Assembly: GCA_030167865.1 (NCBI GenBank)
Contig: JALAGF010003942.1
Coordinates: 1 to 35,610, forward strand
Reading direction: 5' to 3'
Length of the DNA: 35,610 nt
Origin: Craspedostauros australis
Taxonomy: Eukaryota
The notes under the pieces are model-generated. The model worked only from the letters and a program-made list of their open reading frames with translations, ran no database searches and had not been told where the DNA came from. Both the position numbers and the translations under genes were made by a program. This document shows positions 1-11,168 of the stretch, one piece after another. Position 1 is the stretch's first letter. Each line of letters begins with the position of its first letter.

Positions 1-540
1 GGGGGGGTATCGGAGAGCACAAGACCACGGAACAGGTTCGATGGAGGAGCAGACTTGTCCAGAGAGTCCTGAAACCCAACATCGACAGAGCGTCAGCGAC
101 ACCGCGACATCAAGGGTCAACAGCGTCAACTCCATGCGACCACAGCGATGACGACGTCCATGATGACGTTGACCCTTCCCAACCTGTTGGACCCGAAAGG
201 TCAATCCGAAGGGGAATCCTTGGCACCTGTCTTCTCCTCCCACTGCTTCCTTGTGTCAGAGAACTGCAACGATCATAACTCGCGCTTCACACGTACCTCT
301 TGGTGTCTTTGTGCGCGTACGCATACGCATGCGCGCAGAGATGGCGAGCAAGAGCGGAACAGGCACGAACACAGGAGATAGTATGGTGCCTACTGGGGTA
401 CCAGGGACGCGAGACATGCGCAGATGCGCACAGATACACAAAACGGGTATGGAGAGAATGCTAACAACGTGCGTGTTGCCGCGAACGTCATCACCATCAA
501 TTATCAACGCCGAGGACGAAGCCGTCGATGAGAAGCCTGA

Positions 541-577
<37 letters not shown>
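541..577. repeat. (TGT)12 trinucleotide microsatellite
   Basis: Perfect TGT/GTT run read directly. Confidence 0.95.
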
Positions 578-578
<1 letters not shown>

Positions 579-787
579 GGCAATAGTTTCGTGTGTGGGT
601 ACACGCATGGCCATGGTGTTGACAGTGCCTGTTGCAAGTCTGCCAGATGTTGCCATGTACCCATCGCCAGCAACGGGTATGGTGCCACATCTCCACAAAC
701 ATGCACATCAGCATTCGCATCCACGTGCACGTTCACATATTCTAAACGTGTTCATTCATAGACTACGCAGGGTCATGCTCGCGAGAT

Positions 788-1309
788 TTGGAGATGAAGA
801 AGCAAGAACTTTCCAACTCCATCTCCAACACCAACAATGGCGACAGCAACTCAGTCGCTTTGCTCCAGGATGGAACCTCTCTCAACCCGAGCAAGTGCAC
901 TGCCTTCCTTCCGCGAAGGCCGAGCTTGCTCTCCTGCACACAGAGTATCTGTTTGAACACTGTGCGTGCACATGCAACAGCAAGTAGGTCGTACATGATG
1001 GCGTTTGGAGCCAAGCGCCTGCCCATGGTGTAGGAGCTCCATACTACAATCATTGACGATGTCAATGTCTGACATGTGGATGACGGAGTGGCCGTAGCGA
1101 ATTCGGGCGAGTACGAGTATTCCAACAAGTTGCAAGTTGACCTGTTCCATGACGAATTGGGGTTCGCTCACAGTCGAGTTGAGTGGAGTACATCGGAGTG
1201 GAACAGAGCAGTTGTCATGACAACATCCACGTCTGCACTCGGAACGTCCATTTGGTCGATCCAACACCAACTTGAAGTACCCCACGAGATGTACCACATA
1301 TTGAGATAG
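788..1309 (+). pseudogene. Possible degraded coding fragment of unknown family
   Basis: ORFs 788..1033 and 1076..1309 are in the same frame, separated only by TAG (1031-1033) and TGA (1070-1072). The joined translation reads as plausible protein (AFGAKRLPMV*ELHTTIIDDVNV*HVDDGVAVANSGEYEYSNKLQVDLFHDELGFAHSR). No family recognised. Confidence 0.25.
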
Positions 1310-2158
1310 GTATACGATATACTTAGTATTGGTTTATGGCCCCCTCCCCCAAAACAAGATACGACTGAAGCACGTCTCCTCTGTCGCAAGATCTTTGCGC
1401 ATCTGCAACCGACACATGTCTCGACAGCCGCAGATCCAAGGCTGCCAACGATGACGGCATCAGCGCACCAGCAGCACTGCAATGAATGCAAATGATACCA
1501 TGGTGCGCTCGAGTGCAATCGCAGCGATGCATCTCGTTGCTTTGAACCTGTACCCGAGCGTCTGCCGCTGGAAAACGGTACCGCAGCCCTGTTCCATTCG
1601 CACGTATGTATCGACGTGTATCATCCTCGCAGGTTGCAGTCATCCTGGTGCTGCATGGGTGTTGCTATATGCTGAGTACTTTGCGTTAGCGCAGAGTGGA
1701 GTAGTTTATTATAGAGCCGAGTTGAATATAGTTTAGTATAATAGGTGGTTTGGGACAGTTCATGAAGCATCCCTCGCGTGTGAACGTACGAGTACGAGAG
1801 CAGGAATTCTATACCATGCTTTTATCATTGCTTGCTGCTCGTCTGGCACGAAGTAAGCCAATGGGAGCACATGTAATACATATAGGTACAGCACCAAAGC
1901 TGGCTGCGGCATAAAGAAAGAAAGCGAGAAAGGCGGAACGGGCGGACGAGCGCGCAGTACATGCAATATCGAAATCGCAGACGTGGATTCGCGCTTGAGC
2001 TTGGGGCATGCAAGATCATGCCATGGTGTTGCTGTTGTCCTTGTCGTTTGTGGGTGTGGGTGCATATGTCAATATTATGTTGCATTTGCATTCGCACTTG
2101 CGTGGGTAGGTTTGCTTGACATCATCATCATCATCATCATCTGTGTCATCGTCAGCGC

Positions 2159-5100
2159 TTAACGTCCTGACAGAGTTTGCAGGGAGACGAGGAAGCCAAA
2201 GAGTTGGGACGCCGTGATGTTGGTGGGCGACAGGTACCATTGGTTACCACCCTTGTCCTTCACCATGACCGTCTCCAGGTCGTACAGGGTCATGCGGACC
2301 TTGGCAATGTCCAGCAGGAGGGTCTCATCCTCGCTGATGGAGCACAGCATCAGCCGCTTCGTGACCACCATGCAACAGCATGATGGCGGCAGCGGCTCGG
2401 ATGGAGCCGGCACGAAGAAGGACGCCGGCTTGCCGTATTCCGGAATGTCGCTGATGGCATCCGCCAGCGCGGCAGCGTCGTCTTCGGTGGAGTCGCTGTT
2501 GCTGCCATCGTTGGGGTTGCCGTGTCCGGAGAGGTCGTTGTTGTTGGACGAGATCTTCAAGACGAAACGGAGCAACGGCACCTGCCTGGAATGGAAGAAG
2601 TGTCCGAGGGAACGGCTGACGGAAGAATTCGCGGCGGCGTGGGTTGCGAGCTTGTTGGCCACGTTGGAAGCGAGCTCTGCCTGGACGGAGCTGCATTTGT
2701 TGATCTTGCGGATGAGGTATTGCTGGTACTGCTCAATTTGGTGGCTGTAGTCGAGCATCTCCAACATGAGCGCGTTGTAGGTCTCCCACTTGGCGGCTTC
2801 ATCCTTGACGGCGGCGTCTGATGTCGACCATGGTCGCGAGGGTGCGTTCGTGACGAACATGGGCATGCGGGGGAAGAATGAGATGAGGGGAAGCGAGAAG
2901 CAGAACGACGGGGCTGGAACGATGAGTGAATAATTATGCTTGCGGTGACACGGTGTGGATTGACTGATGCCAATCTCATGCATGTGCAAAATCCCCCCTT
3001 TTGTTGTCTGCCTTGCGTCTAACTCAAGCACGAGAAAGCCGGCAAGCGCGACATCAGAACACAATAGAAATGCGTTCGCGACGGCGAATCGTGCTGCGCG
3101 CACAGAGAGTGCATCTTGTTGCTTGCAATGCACGCACTCCTCCGATGGGATCTTACCTCCGACGTCATTTTCCAAACTGGACGCATCGCTGGTTTCATCG
3201 GTGTCCGTGAAGAGCAACGAGTGGGGGTCCGTGATCACGGTGGTGGGCATGGTGTTGCGCTTCCTCAAGGCCAGCGCCTTTGTGTTTGGCTGGCATGGGA
3301 AGACGAGAGTCGATAACCTCGCCGCCGGTTCCATGGACATGCAGGACGGTGGGACGGGGAACTCCACGAAGGACGTGTTGAGCTTGTACCTCTTCATGGC
3401 CGGTTGCAGCATGTCGACGAAGTCATGCAGCGTCTGCTGCGTTTCCTGCATCTCGTCCTGCAATTCGTGACACAAGGTGGAGAGGTACTCGTCGAGCGAC
3501 CAGTCCGTGTATACCGAGGTGCAGCTGTCATCGTCGGCAGTGTGGACCCTGCGCTTTGGCGTTGCCGGTGCCACGTTCTTGCCACCGTTCTCGTTGAGGG
3601 CCGCCGCTGCTTCTTTGGCACGCAGGAATCGGCGCACCTGCTTCATGTAGTGATCATCGGCAGGCGAATCCTGCGAGATGTGCCACTTCGTTTCCGCGTG
3701 GTACGCAATGTCCGCCTGAAGCAGAGCATCGAGGATGCCCGTGACGATGCGGTGCGACGCCTCATAGAGCTTCGATCCGAGTTCCGAAAGTAGCGGCAGG
3801 TCGACGGAGACACGGTCCTCCATCTTGTTGTTGTTGTTGTTGTTGCTTTGACGGTTCTCTCGCGACAGAGTGGATGCCTGAACCAACCGACTGGCATCCT
3901 GAAGCTGATGGATCCATGGATTGCGAGATCGCAAAGTGGATTGATCGGCCTGGTGTTGCTGCCGCTGCTGCTGCTTGTGCCGCTTCTCGTGCAGCTTTGG
4001 ATCGCAGTGGTAGACCCGCAGGACGAGGATGCGCTCGAGCTTGGACGTGTTGGCCACGCTGAGCTGCGCATCGAGGAGGAAGGGAGCATTGGACGCGGTG
4101 GTACTGTTGGAGCTTGCGTCGGTGCTGGAGCTGTGGTCCAGGGCATCGGCGTTGGCCTGGCTCGCCCTGGTGGGTGTCTTGACGTTGACGATCATGGCCT
4201 GAAAGTGCGTTGCGTCGCATCGGAATACCTTGCGCGTGGAGGAATGGGCCTTGACCGCTGCCTTGATCTGGCGGAAGGTCGCCTGGCTGGGTCTGTCCGG
4301 ACGGACTCGAACCAGGAGGGTGCGGGTTGGCGTGGGGAAGTGCGTGCGCTGCGTTTCGGAATCCTCAATGCCAGCGCAGAGCGAGCTGAGCTCATCCAGA
4401 CGCAACGGAACGAGCATCTCGCGGACCAGATTGCTGATGCCAACATGGTAGTGGACCTTGTTGGGGTAGGCCCAGTGGCTGACGTCGCAGAGGTAGGAGG
4501 TGTCTTGAGCGGGAGCCGCTTCTTTCGATCCCGTCTTCGGCGTTGGTGCTTTCGTCACCGCCTCGGGGTTGGCATCGTGTTGCAGCGGCAGCACGCGAAG
4601 GAAGGCATGGTCCAGGAGCCTGCGAGCTGAGTCTGCATTGTCGGAGCCGACCTCTGCAGCGGCATCAGTGATATCATTACCGGCAGCAGCACCGAAACCA
4701 GCACTGGCAGCGATGCTTTTGATATTGATGTTGATGCCAGCAGCGAGGTTGAATGGTCTCACTTTGGGCGCGCAGAGGCAGTCGCCATTGTCGCCCTCAC
4801 CATCGTCACCATCGTCACTCTGCGTGCCAATGGGTGAGGCATCGGTTTCGTAAGGATCCTCTCTCGATTCCGCATCCTCCTTCCTTGACTTGAGCGAGGG
4901 CATGTCGATCCCAAAGTCGCCGGTGTCCCTTGGAATCGTCGGTGGGGAAATGGTTCGTTGCTGCTGCTGTTGTTGCGCATTCGCATCGCCGCGGTTGCTC
5001 TGGTTCTGGTCCCCATTCTGTTGTTGCTGTTGGTCATTACCTTCCTGCGGCTGCGGCGGCTGCTGGGTGAGATTGCGCTTGGGCGCATCAAGATCAGAGA

Positions 5101-5296
5101 CCAGCTGCGATGCTGGAGACGGCGGTGATGTCTTCGCGTGGGAAGGATCCGAGAGGATGAGTCCCTGATCATGGCTGCCGCCTGTGCTAGTGCGACCAAC
5201 GCGAGCAGGAGTCGTAGTACGTGTGGTACTGGTGGTAGTGTAGGAAAGGCCGACAACGGCTTCCGCTGTCCGAGGGCGTGCTTCGGCAACCACCAT
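2159..5296 (-). CDS. Large hypothetical protein, probably two exons (5296-3157, 2817-2159); disordered Q-rich N-terminus, helical middle, beta-rich possibly PH/GRAM-like C-terminus
   Basis: 1045-codon ORF from ATG with GC-ending codon bias. An internal segment bounded by AG|GTAAGA (3156) and CAG| (2818) looks intronic. The domain guess is inference only. Confidence 0.8.
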   Translation of the reverse strand: MVVAEARPRTAEAVVGLSYTTTSTTRTTTPARVGRTSTGGSHDQGLILSDPSHAKTSPPSPASQLVSDLDAPKRNLTQQPPQPQEGNDQQQQQNGDQNQSNRGDANAQQQQQQRTISPPTIPRDTGDFGIDMPSLKSRKEDAESREDPYETDASPIGTQSDDGDDGEGDNGDCLCAPKVRPFNLAAGININIKSIAASAGFGAAAGNDITDAAAEVGSDNADSARRLLDHAFLRVLPLQHDANPEAVTKAPTPKTGSKEAAPAQDTSYLCDVSHWAYPNKVHYHVGISNLVREMLVPLRLDELSSLCAGIEDSETQRTHFPTPTRTLLVRVRPDRPSQATFRQIKAAVKAHSSTRKVFRCDATHFQAMIVNVKTPTRASQANADALDHSSSTDASSNSTTASNAPFLLDAQLSVANTSKLERILVLRVYHCDPKLHEKRHKQQQRQQHQADQSTLRSRNPWIHQLQDASRLVQASTLSRENRQSNNNNNNKMEDRVSVDLPLLSELGSKLYEASHRIVTGILDALLQADIAYHAETKWHISQDSPADDHYMKQVRRFLRAKEAAAALNENGGKNVAPATPKRRVHTADDDSCTSVYTDWSLDEYLSTLCHELQDEMQETQQTLHDFVDMLQPAMKRYKLNTSFVEFPVPPSCMSMEPAARLSTLVFPCQPNTKALALRKRNTMPTTVITDPHSLLFTDTDETSDASSLENDVGGKIPSEECVHCKQQDALSVRAARFAVANAFLLCSDVALAGFLVLELDARQTTKGGILHMHEIGISQSTPCHRKHNYSLIVPAPSFCFSLPLISFFPRMPMFVTNAPSRPWSTSDAAVKDEAAKWETYNALMLEMLDYSHQIEQYQQYLIRKINKCSSVQAELASNVANKLATHAAANSSVSRSLGHFFHSRQVPLLRFVLKISSNNNDLSGHGNPNDGSNSDSTEDDAAALADAISDIPEYGKPASFFVPAPSEPLPPSCCCMVVTKRLMLCSISEDETLLLDIAKVRMTLYDLETVMVKDKGGNQWYLSPTNITASQLFGFLVSLQTLSGR
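2818..3156 (-). other. Probable phase-1 GT-AG intron (339 nt, multiple of 3, no in-frame stop)
   Basis: Donor AG|GTAAGA, pyrimidine-rich tract (TTCTGCTTCTCGCTTCCCCTCATCTCATTCTTCCCC on minus) and acceptor ATCAG|AC. Splicing gives G+AC=Asp and keeps the frame. Confidence 0.65.
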
Positions 5297-5571
5297 CTTC
5301 TATGCGCACGTTGCTCTGCTCGTTTCTTCGGCTTTGTGAGGAATACTCTCTGCTCTACACGATCGTTTGTAAGGAATGATGGATGATCAGCAGAGCTGTG
5401 ATTGCGGAAGTGATTGCGAAAGAATAATTTGGGAAGAATGTTTGAGAAAATGGATTGAGAAATTGATTTGGGAAAGCAGCAGATGTCGTCGTTGTTGTCG
5501 TTGTTGTGGTTGTTGTCGTTTGTGTTGTTGATTGTGGACGATGCAATCCATCACTGCCCTGTGCTCGTATC

Positions 5572-5573
<2 letters not shown>

Positions 5574-5605
<32 letters not shown>
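5574..5605. repeat. (CT)16 dinucleotide microsatellite
   Basis: Read directly; upstream of the 5296 start codon. Confidence 0.95.
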
Positions 5606-5609
<4 letters not shown>

Positions 5610-5715
5610 CGCTGATTGGGACCTCCTGTCCGTCAGAACGGGGTGCTGTGGCCACTTCGCGGATCTTGCTCGTCTGTTGGCTTCGTGCACCCTCACCTTC
5701 CGATTGCAATTCCAG

Positions 5716-5738
5716 TTACACTTACACTTACACTTACA
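5716..5738. repeat. (TTACAC)~4 hexamer repeat
   Basis: Read directly. Confidence 0.85.
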
Positions 5739-7385
5739 ACTAGGAGATGGGTAGCAGTTCGAGTATGATGTGTTATAGAATACTATACTCTAGCTCATAT
5801 AATCCCATACGCAATCACTCGCCTTCTGTCTTGTGTGTTTGTGCACAATGGATCATGCATCCAAACTGTCACGGAGCCTTGCTGTTGTGTCCCAACTTTG
5901 GCGGTGCTTCTGCTCTCTTCCCCTTGATTTGGTGTCTCTCTTGATGCCGCACGCCCACTGACCCACAACAGCAGACATACACGGAGAGACCCATGAGAAA
6001 CATCAAAACCGCCTTTGCCAAGCGAAAAGCAACGAGTCCCAACGCGGATTCGCCCCTTCACTGGAGCATTCCGTTTGTTGCATGTCTCCAATCCGCTGCC
6101 GCCAACGCTGCGTTCGTGTTCCGCCCAACCCTTCGTGCTCACTTGGCCAGCGAAACTCCACACCCAGGACACACCCAGAATGTTCTTCTCTCTCTGTGCG
6201 AAAAGCCCTAAACAGCATAGCCCGCGTTGCTTCGCGTACTTGCCAACTGCGCTCGCTGGTACTCGTGTTGACGCGGTCTTGATAGCGCATGCACAGCGCC
6301 AACTGCGCGACGTGACGTGAACACACCGTCGCACACCCACCGGTCTGCAACTTCCCATCCACTGGCACAGCCAAAGCAGCAAAGACCGCAACACAGCAAA
6401 ACACGCGAGAGAAGATTTCACCTCGGTCCCAACCGAACGAACGAAGAAAGCCCATAGTCGCAATCACACACGAAACACCAACGATCATTCCGTCACGACT
6501 CCATGACCTCCGATCAAAGAGCCAATCAACGATAAATGATCGTGTGACTGCATGGCCGACAGCGAACATCGCTGCCACGCTGTTTGAAATTGCCGCCAAC
6601 AAAGAAACGTGCTCGCCAAATTGTGCGAACAAATCAGAACAGAACAGGCCATGGTTTGGCTCTTGGGCACAATGTCAATCCCGGCAAGGCGTGACATCTC
6701 TCCACCAACGCCCATCACTACACGTGTCGTGAGAACCAACGGCGCAGCACCAACGCGCGTGCTTCGTGATTCCAAGGCTGCAAAATTGGTTGATGTCCAA
6801 CGGAAAATCAACGTACGCATCGTGTTCACTTATTAGTCACGGAAATTTGAACAGAGTGACATCCTATCGTGACTGAAATGCGTTCAACAAAGCGAAGGTA
6901 CCAATGACCCATGCAATCATAGGTTGGAACTATACAATTATGATTTTAACATAATTCACCGCATATCACAATACTGTCACATGAGACAAGAACTCAACAA
7001 GACCATCAATCGTGTCCTTTCGATGGAATGCGAGTTGTGTGATTGGTTCATGGTTGAGTCCAATCGGTCGAGTCCCACTATGATGAACAAGACTTCACAA
7101 ATGTTCCCTTCACTGTCCCGCGCAGATTCTTCCTGTGACACCAATACCAGATTCAACGTCATCAACAAAAACACCGATGACCGCAACGACGACAACACGA
7201 ACAAAAGCAACTCCAACACGACACAAATGAGAGCACGGAGAGGTACCAGTGACCACCAGTTCCAGCAACAGCAACACCACACTTCGCTCCAATTCACTTC
7301 ATAACTCGATCCGCCGCTCACTCAACACCCAATCGGCCAATCCATCAACTGCTCAATCGACCAATCCACCAATCCACTAGACAAC

Positions 7386-7979
7386 ATGACGATCAGAGAC
7401 CCAGCCAAGCTGAACCCAGACGCTTCGGCCCCGATGGAGGAGACCATCAACTACAATGGCGAGAGCCATCAGCCTGTCAGCATGGCGACCGCCTTTCCAG
7501 CGGCCACAGCCACAGCGACGGCGGTCAGCGACCCCAATCCGCCCGTCGCGTTCGCCCAGGCGCTGGACACGCCCGCACCCGCCGTCGCCAGCGCCACTCC
7601 CACCGTCTACACTGCCTCCGGCTCAATATCTGACACTGCCAAGCCCGCTACTGCCACAACCCCAGTCACGGCCATCGTCCCAGCATCCACGACTGCCTCC
7701 ACCACCGTCGTGCAATCCAGCAATGCCACGGCCCCAGGCACCATGAACGGAATGCCGCCCGGCGGCGACTGGGTCAAGCTCAAGATGGCGGGGCCGGCCA
7801 CGTGGTCCATCTGCACGGCAGTCAGTATCGTCACATGCTGCTGCTTTCTGCTGCCGTGCGGTGTGTGGGCCTTTCTGTGCCCCTGCGACGAGAAGCGCGC
7901 CTATATGGTGGGTGACCAGCTGTACTCGGAGACCGGGCAACTCATGGGGTCGGCACATCGGTATAGGATTTCCCACTGA
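7386..7979 (+). CDS. Small protein with Ala/Thr/Pro-rich N-terminus and Cys-rich hydrophobic C-terminal domain (BRI3/CYSTM/LITAF-like architecture)
   Basis: 197-aa ORF with ACAAC-ATG start context and GC-rich codons. C-terminal GPATWSICTAVSIVTCCCFLLPCGVWAFLCPCDEKRAY is a Cys-rich membrane segment. Confidence 0.8.
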   Translation: MTIRDPAKLNPDASAPMEETINYNGESHQPVSMATAFPAATATATAVSDPNPPVAFAQALDTPAPAVASATPTVYTASGSISDTAKPATATTPVTAIVPASTTASTTVVQSSNATAPGTMNGMPPGGDWVKLKMAGPATWSICTAVSIVTCCCFLLPCGVWAFLCPCDEKRAYMVGDQLYSETGQLMGSAHRYRISH

Positions 7980-8295
7980 GCTACGAGTACACACCATTAT
8001 AGATGATGTACTATTCTATTATGTAATATGTGTTAGATACAAGAGTATGACAATAGTTGTAGCATGCAGCAGCGACTGTGTGCAGATGAACAGTGCCGTG
8101 CAAGTATTCATATTAGGAAGCGCACCAGCAACAGTAAACGTAGATGTGACAATCATTATATTACGCCCATGTCAATCATTCCATAGCATCACAATAATAC
8201 TCCCTCTCTCTCTCTCTTGCTGGAGAGAGCATCATATTATATCATAGTAGAATACCGCAAACAACGTGAGCATTCGCCAATCCAGAACGCCTTCG

Positions 8296-9969
8296 TCAGG
8301 TACGCGACGACGGGATCTTGTAAGCACCTTCGAATGGGCGATTGAGATCAAAGCACAACACCGCCAACGAAGTGAAGCTGCCCACCAGCACGGACCAGAG
8401 AATGCGCACCTGCAGGGATTGCATGAGGAACTCCTGCTGATCGGTCGCCACCAGGAACGAGATGGCGATCCCCCCGGCCAGCAGCGTCAGCGTCATCCAG
8501 TGCACGGGCGGGAACCGCGTGGCGTGGGCCATGGATCGGATCTGCTGCTGCTGCATCAGCGCCATCACGTGCTCCTGCAACGTCGCGATCCAGTGGTCGG
8601 ACAACGCGATGGCGTACGAGTATGGATGCTCGTCGGATGCTTCAAGAGCGCGTGTTGGTTCGGTCTCTCTCTCGTTGTTGCTCGTGTTGCGCCGACCGTT
8701 TCTGCGTTTGATGCCTCTGCCGATCATGTTGGCAGTGACTCGCTGCTGCTTCGCCTGCTTCGCACGTTGCATCGCTGCCTGCCAGCGGTACAGATCGTGT
8801 GACCAGGATAGCAAGGAGTGGAGGGTGGTGTACGACGACGGTTCTTCCGCGATGGATCCGTGCGCGAAGCTGTTCGTTGTGGGCTGTTGCTGGAACTCCT
8901 GGTCCAGCTGCTGCTTGTACTTGTCAATCAGGGCTTGGCCACGTGCAAAGTTGGCAGCCAACTGATGATGCAGGTCGTCCTGGGTTGTTGCGCTCTCCAT
9001 GCCACCAACGCCATCGCCAGGAATGGAGTTGGGAATAGGATGAACGCTCGGAACCTGATGCCAGAGAATGTCCAGCCAGCCGATGACATCCATCTCCGTG
9101 GCGGTCGCCTTGCGGATCGTCTGCTGACGCTCGTAGAGACTGGAGATGGTCATGCTGGCCAGCGTGGCGAACAGGATCGAGATGGAGGTGATGACAGGAC
9201 CGTTCACGACCTGCGTGATCACGTTGGTTTGCAGATTGAGGTCCGACTCGGACGTGGGGATCCACGTGTTGGAGGATGCCCATTGCACCGTGTGGTGAAA
9301 GCCGTGGAAGATGGTGGAAAATCCGAGGAACGAGGCGGTGATGATGGCGAATGGGATGATCCACAGCTGATGCAGCCGTCTTCGTTGTTGTTGCTGTTTC
9401 AGCTGCGGCTGCTGCTCCGATTGCATTTGAGAGAGGCTTTCGTCGATGGCCGTTGCGGAGGAATGGAGGATGGGTGGATTGCGAGCACGCGCAATCGTCA
9501 ATGAATCAGAGACGAATGAGTCCGCTAAGTCGTTTCTTGCATCGCTTTCGCCTCCTCTCAGCTCAACCACTCGCGGTGCAAGCTCGTTGCATCTGAAACC
9601 GCGTCTGCGTTTCAAGGCGAGGGGCCGCGAGCTGAAGGTTGCAGCAGCCTTGGCAGGCTTGAATGCGTTCCAGCCACAATGCTTGTTGTGTGATCGGCGG
9701 CTGTCATTGGAACACGATGCAGCGGCGTGATGATTGATGGCGACAGCTTCGATGTTCATCTGTGGCTTTGCCATGCATGATGATAGAGAGAGGAGCAACA
9801 CCAGAAGTACTGCGGCTAATGCACGTGCCCGGGAATGTGAAGAGATCTGTTGGATCCTGTTCGCAGTATCCAACCCATCCAAGGCACGAGTGTCCACCTT
9901 GCCCATTGCGCCTACTCTCGCTGCAATAGAATGGTTGGTAGTCGTAGTCGTAGTCGTACGAGTATCCAT
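8296..9969 (-). CDS. DUF4239 / bestrophin-like integral membrane protein with N-terminal signal-like hydrophobic segment
   Basis: 557-aa ORF. Hydrophobic helices at LWIIPFAIITASFLGF, PVITSISILFATLASMTISSLYERQ, FPPVHWMTLTLLAGGIAISFLV and ILWSVLVGSFTSLAVLCF, followed by DLNRPFEGAYKI, which resembles the DL..PF.G C-terminal motif of DUF4239/bestrophin-like proteins. Confidence 0.75.
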   Translation of the reverse strand: MDTRTTTTTTTNHSIAARVGAMGKVDTRALDGLDTANRIQQISSHSRARALAAVLLVLLLSLSSCMAKPQMNIEAVAINHHAAASCSNDSRRSHNKHCGWNAFKPAKAAATFSSRPLALKRRRGFRCNELAPRVVELRGGESDARNDLADSFVSDSLTIARARNPPILHSSATAIDESLSQMQSEQQPQLKQQQQRRRLHQLWIIPFAIITASFLGFSTIFHGFHHTVQWASSNTWIPTSESDLNLQTNVITQVVNGPVITSISILFATLASMTISSLYERQQTIRKATATEMDVIGWLDILWHQVPSVHPIPNSIPGDGVGGMESATTQDDLHHQLAANFARGQALIDKYKQQLDQEFQQQPTTNSFAHGSIAEEPSSYTTLHSLLSWSHDLYRWQAAMQRAKQAKQQRVTANMIGRGIKRRNGRRNTSNNERETEPTRALEASDEHPYSYAIALSDHWIATLQEHVMALMQQQQIRSMAHATRFPPVHWMTLTLLAGGIAISFLVATDQQEFLMQSLQVRILWSVLVGSFTSLAVLCFDLNRPFEGAYKIPSSRT

Positions 9970-11104
9970 GTTCGTGGTCCTTTGCCGTTCCTCTGCACTC
10001 TTCGCGTCGACGATGATGATCAGCAGGACGCGGGTATTACTGTCGTGTGCCGAAGCCGAATGCGGTGGAGGCAGATTCTGTTGATGTTGGCATTCTTGTT
10101 GCCGATGGCGTTGCCGTTGATGGTGCCATCCACGACCGTCCTGCCTCCTCTTGCCTCATTCCATTCCGAACCTGGTTGGAAGCCAAGAGGTTCGCATTGT
10201 TTGGAAGTAAAAAGAGTTCTGGTTTCGGCACGGTTCTCATCGCGTGTTTCGGTTCCGCGATTGTTCGCCTCGGCGAAATCATCGCGCTTTTTGTATACTT
10301 TGGCGGAATCTTAAATATATTTCGAGAGGACCGGTGTTGAGAATGTCAGCGGTTCTGCACTGAAGTGACGATCTTCTGTGCCGCGCATCGCCTCTCTTGC
10401 TTGCTGGTTGGTCAACCTAGTCTCGTAGTTGTATCTGAGTAGCTCGCAGCATTTGGAGTCGTCAGCGCTCAGGATACGAGGCCGATCTCTCTCGAGAGTG
10501 CTATCGGAGCGTACGACAAGTGTGTAACGACTATTCAACAACAAGGAATACGAGCTGGGGCATGGGCGTCGTGGAGAGCTGCCATGGTGCTCCATGCGAT
10601 ACCCCTCTGACCCAACAGAGAGAGAGAGAGAGACCGAGTGACGGATAGTACCCATGATACGAACCCAGAAGAGCAACCAAGAGCAGAGAGGCCGCAACAT
10701 CGAGGAAATGGAGCAGAAAGATCGAAGAAAGGACGTGTTTGGCTCGGCATCAAAAAGTTCTCGCAACCGCCGGTGTCATGACGCGGTTTCCATCCTGGAA
10801 GGAGGCTCCATTTTGGATGTTGATGGGTTGATGCGCAGGAGCGGAATGCTGGTCACATTGACACCCACGAGTTTTTACCACCCCTGATTTGGTTATGTCT
10901 TCCCCTCTGTGCCCAGTTCTCACCATCTTGCTCTTCGATTGGCCGAACACGATCGTTGCGCTCTCCCCACAGATGCTCTCGCTGGTTTGGCACGAGTCGT
11001 CTCCGGACGTCTTGTTACCGCAACGCAAGGAAACGCAATTGCTGGCATTTGCGGAACCTTCACATGGAATCGGCACCAACATGTGAACAGGGCGAGCTGC
11101 GCGC

Positions 11105-11168
11105 CATCTTCCTCTCCCTCTTGGAGCCGCATCTTCCTCTCCCTCTTGGAGCAGCATCTTCCTCTCCC
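11105..11168. repeat. 25-bp tandem repeat, ~2.6 copies (CATCTTCCTCTCCCTCTTGGAGC[C/A]G)
   Basis: Copies start at 11105, 11130 and 11155. Confidence 0.9.

Noticed and set aside
1-20. G7 run followed by TATCGG as PPT plus LTR start
   Set aside because: Begins TA rather than TG, no matching LTR end found, and truncated by the window edge.
5795-6836. Overlapping 200-aa ORFs between divergent genes
   Set aside because: No codon bias or motifs; consistent with a GC-rich intergenic/promoter region.
10335-10540. TGTTGA...TCAACA bounded segment as a solo LTR
   Set aside because: Only a 6-bp inverted match and the flanks (ACCGG / ACAAG) do not form a TSD.
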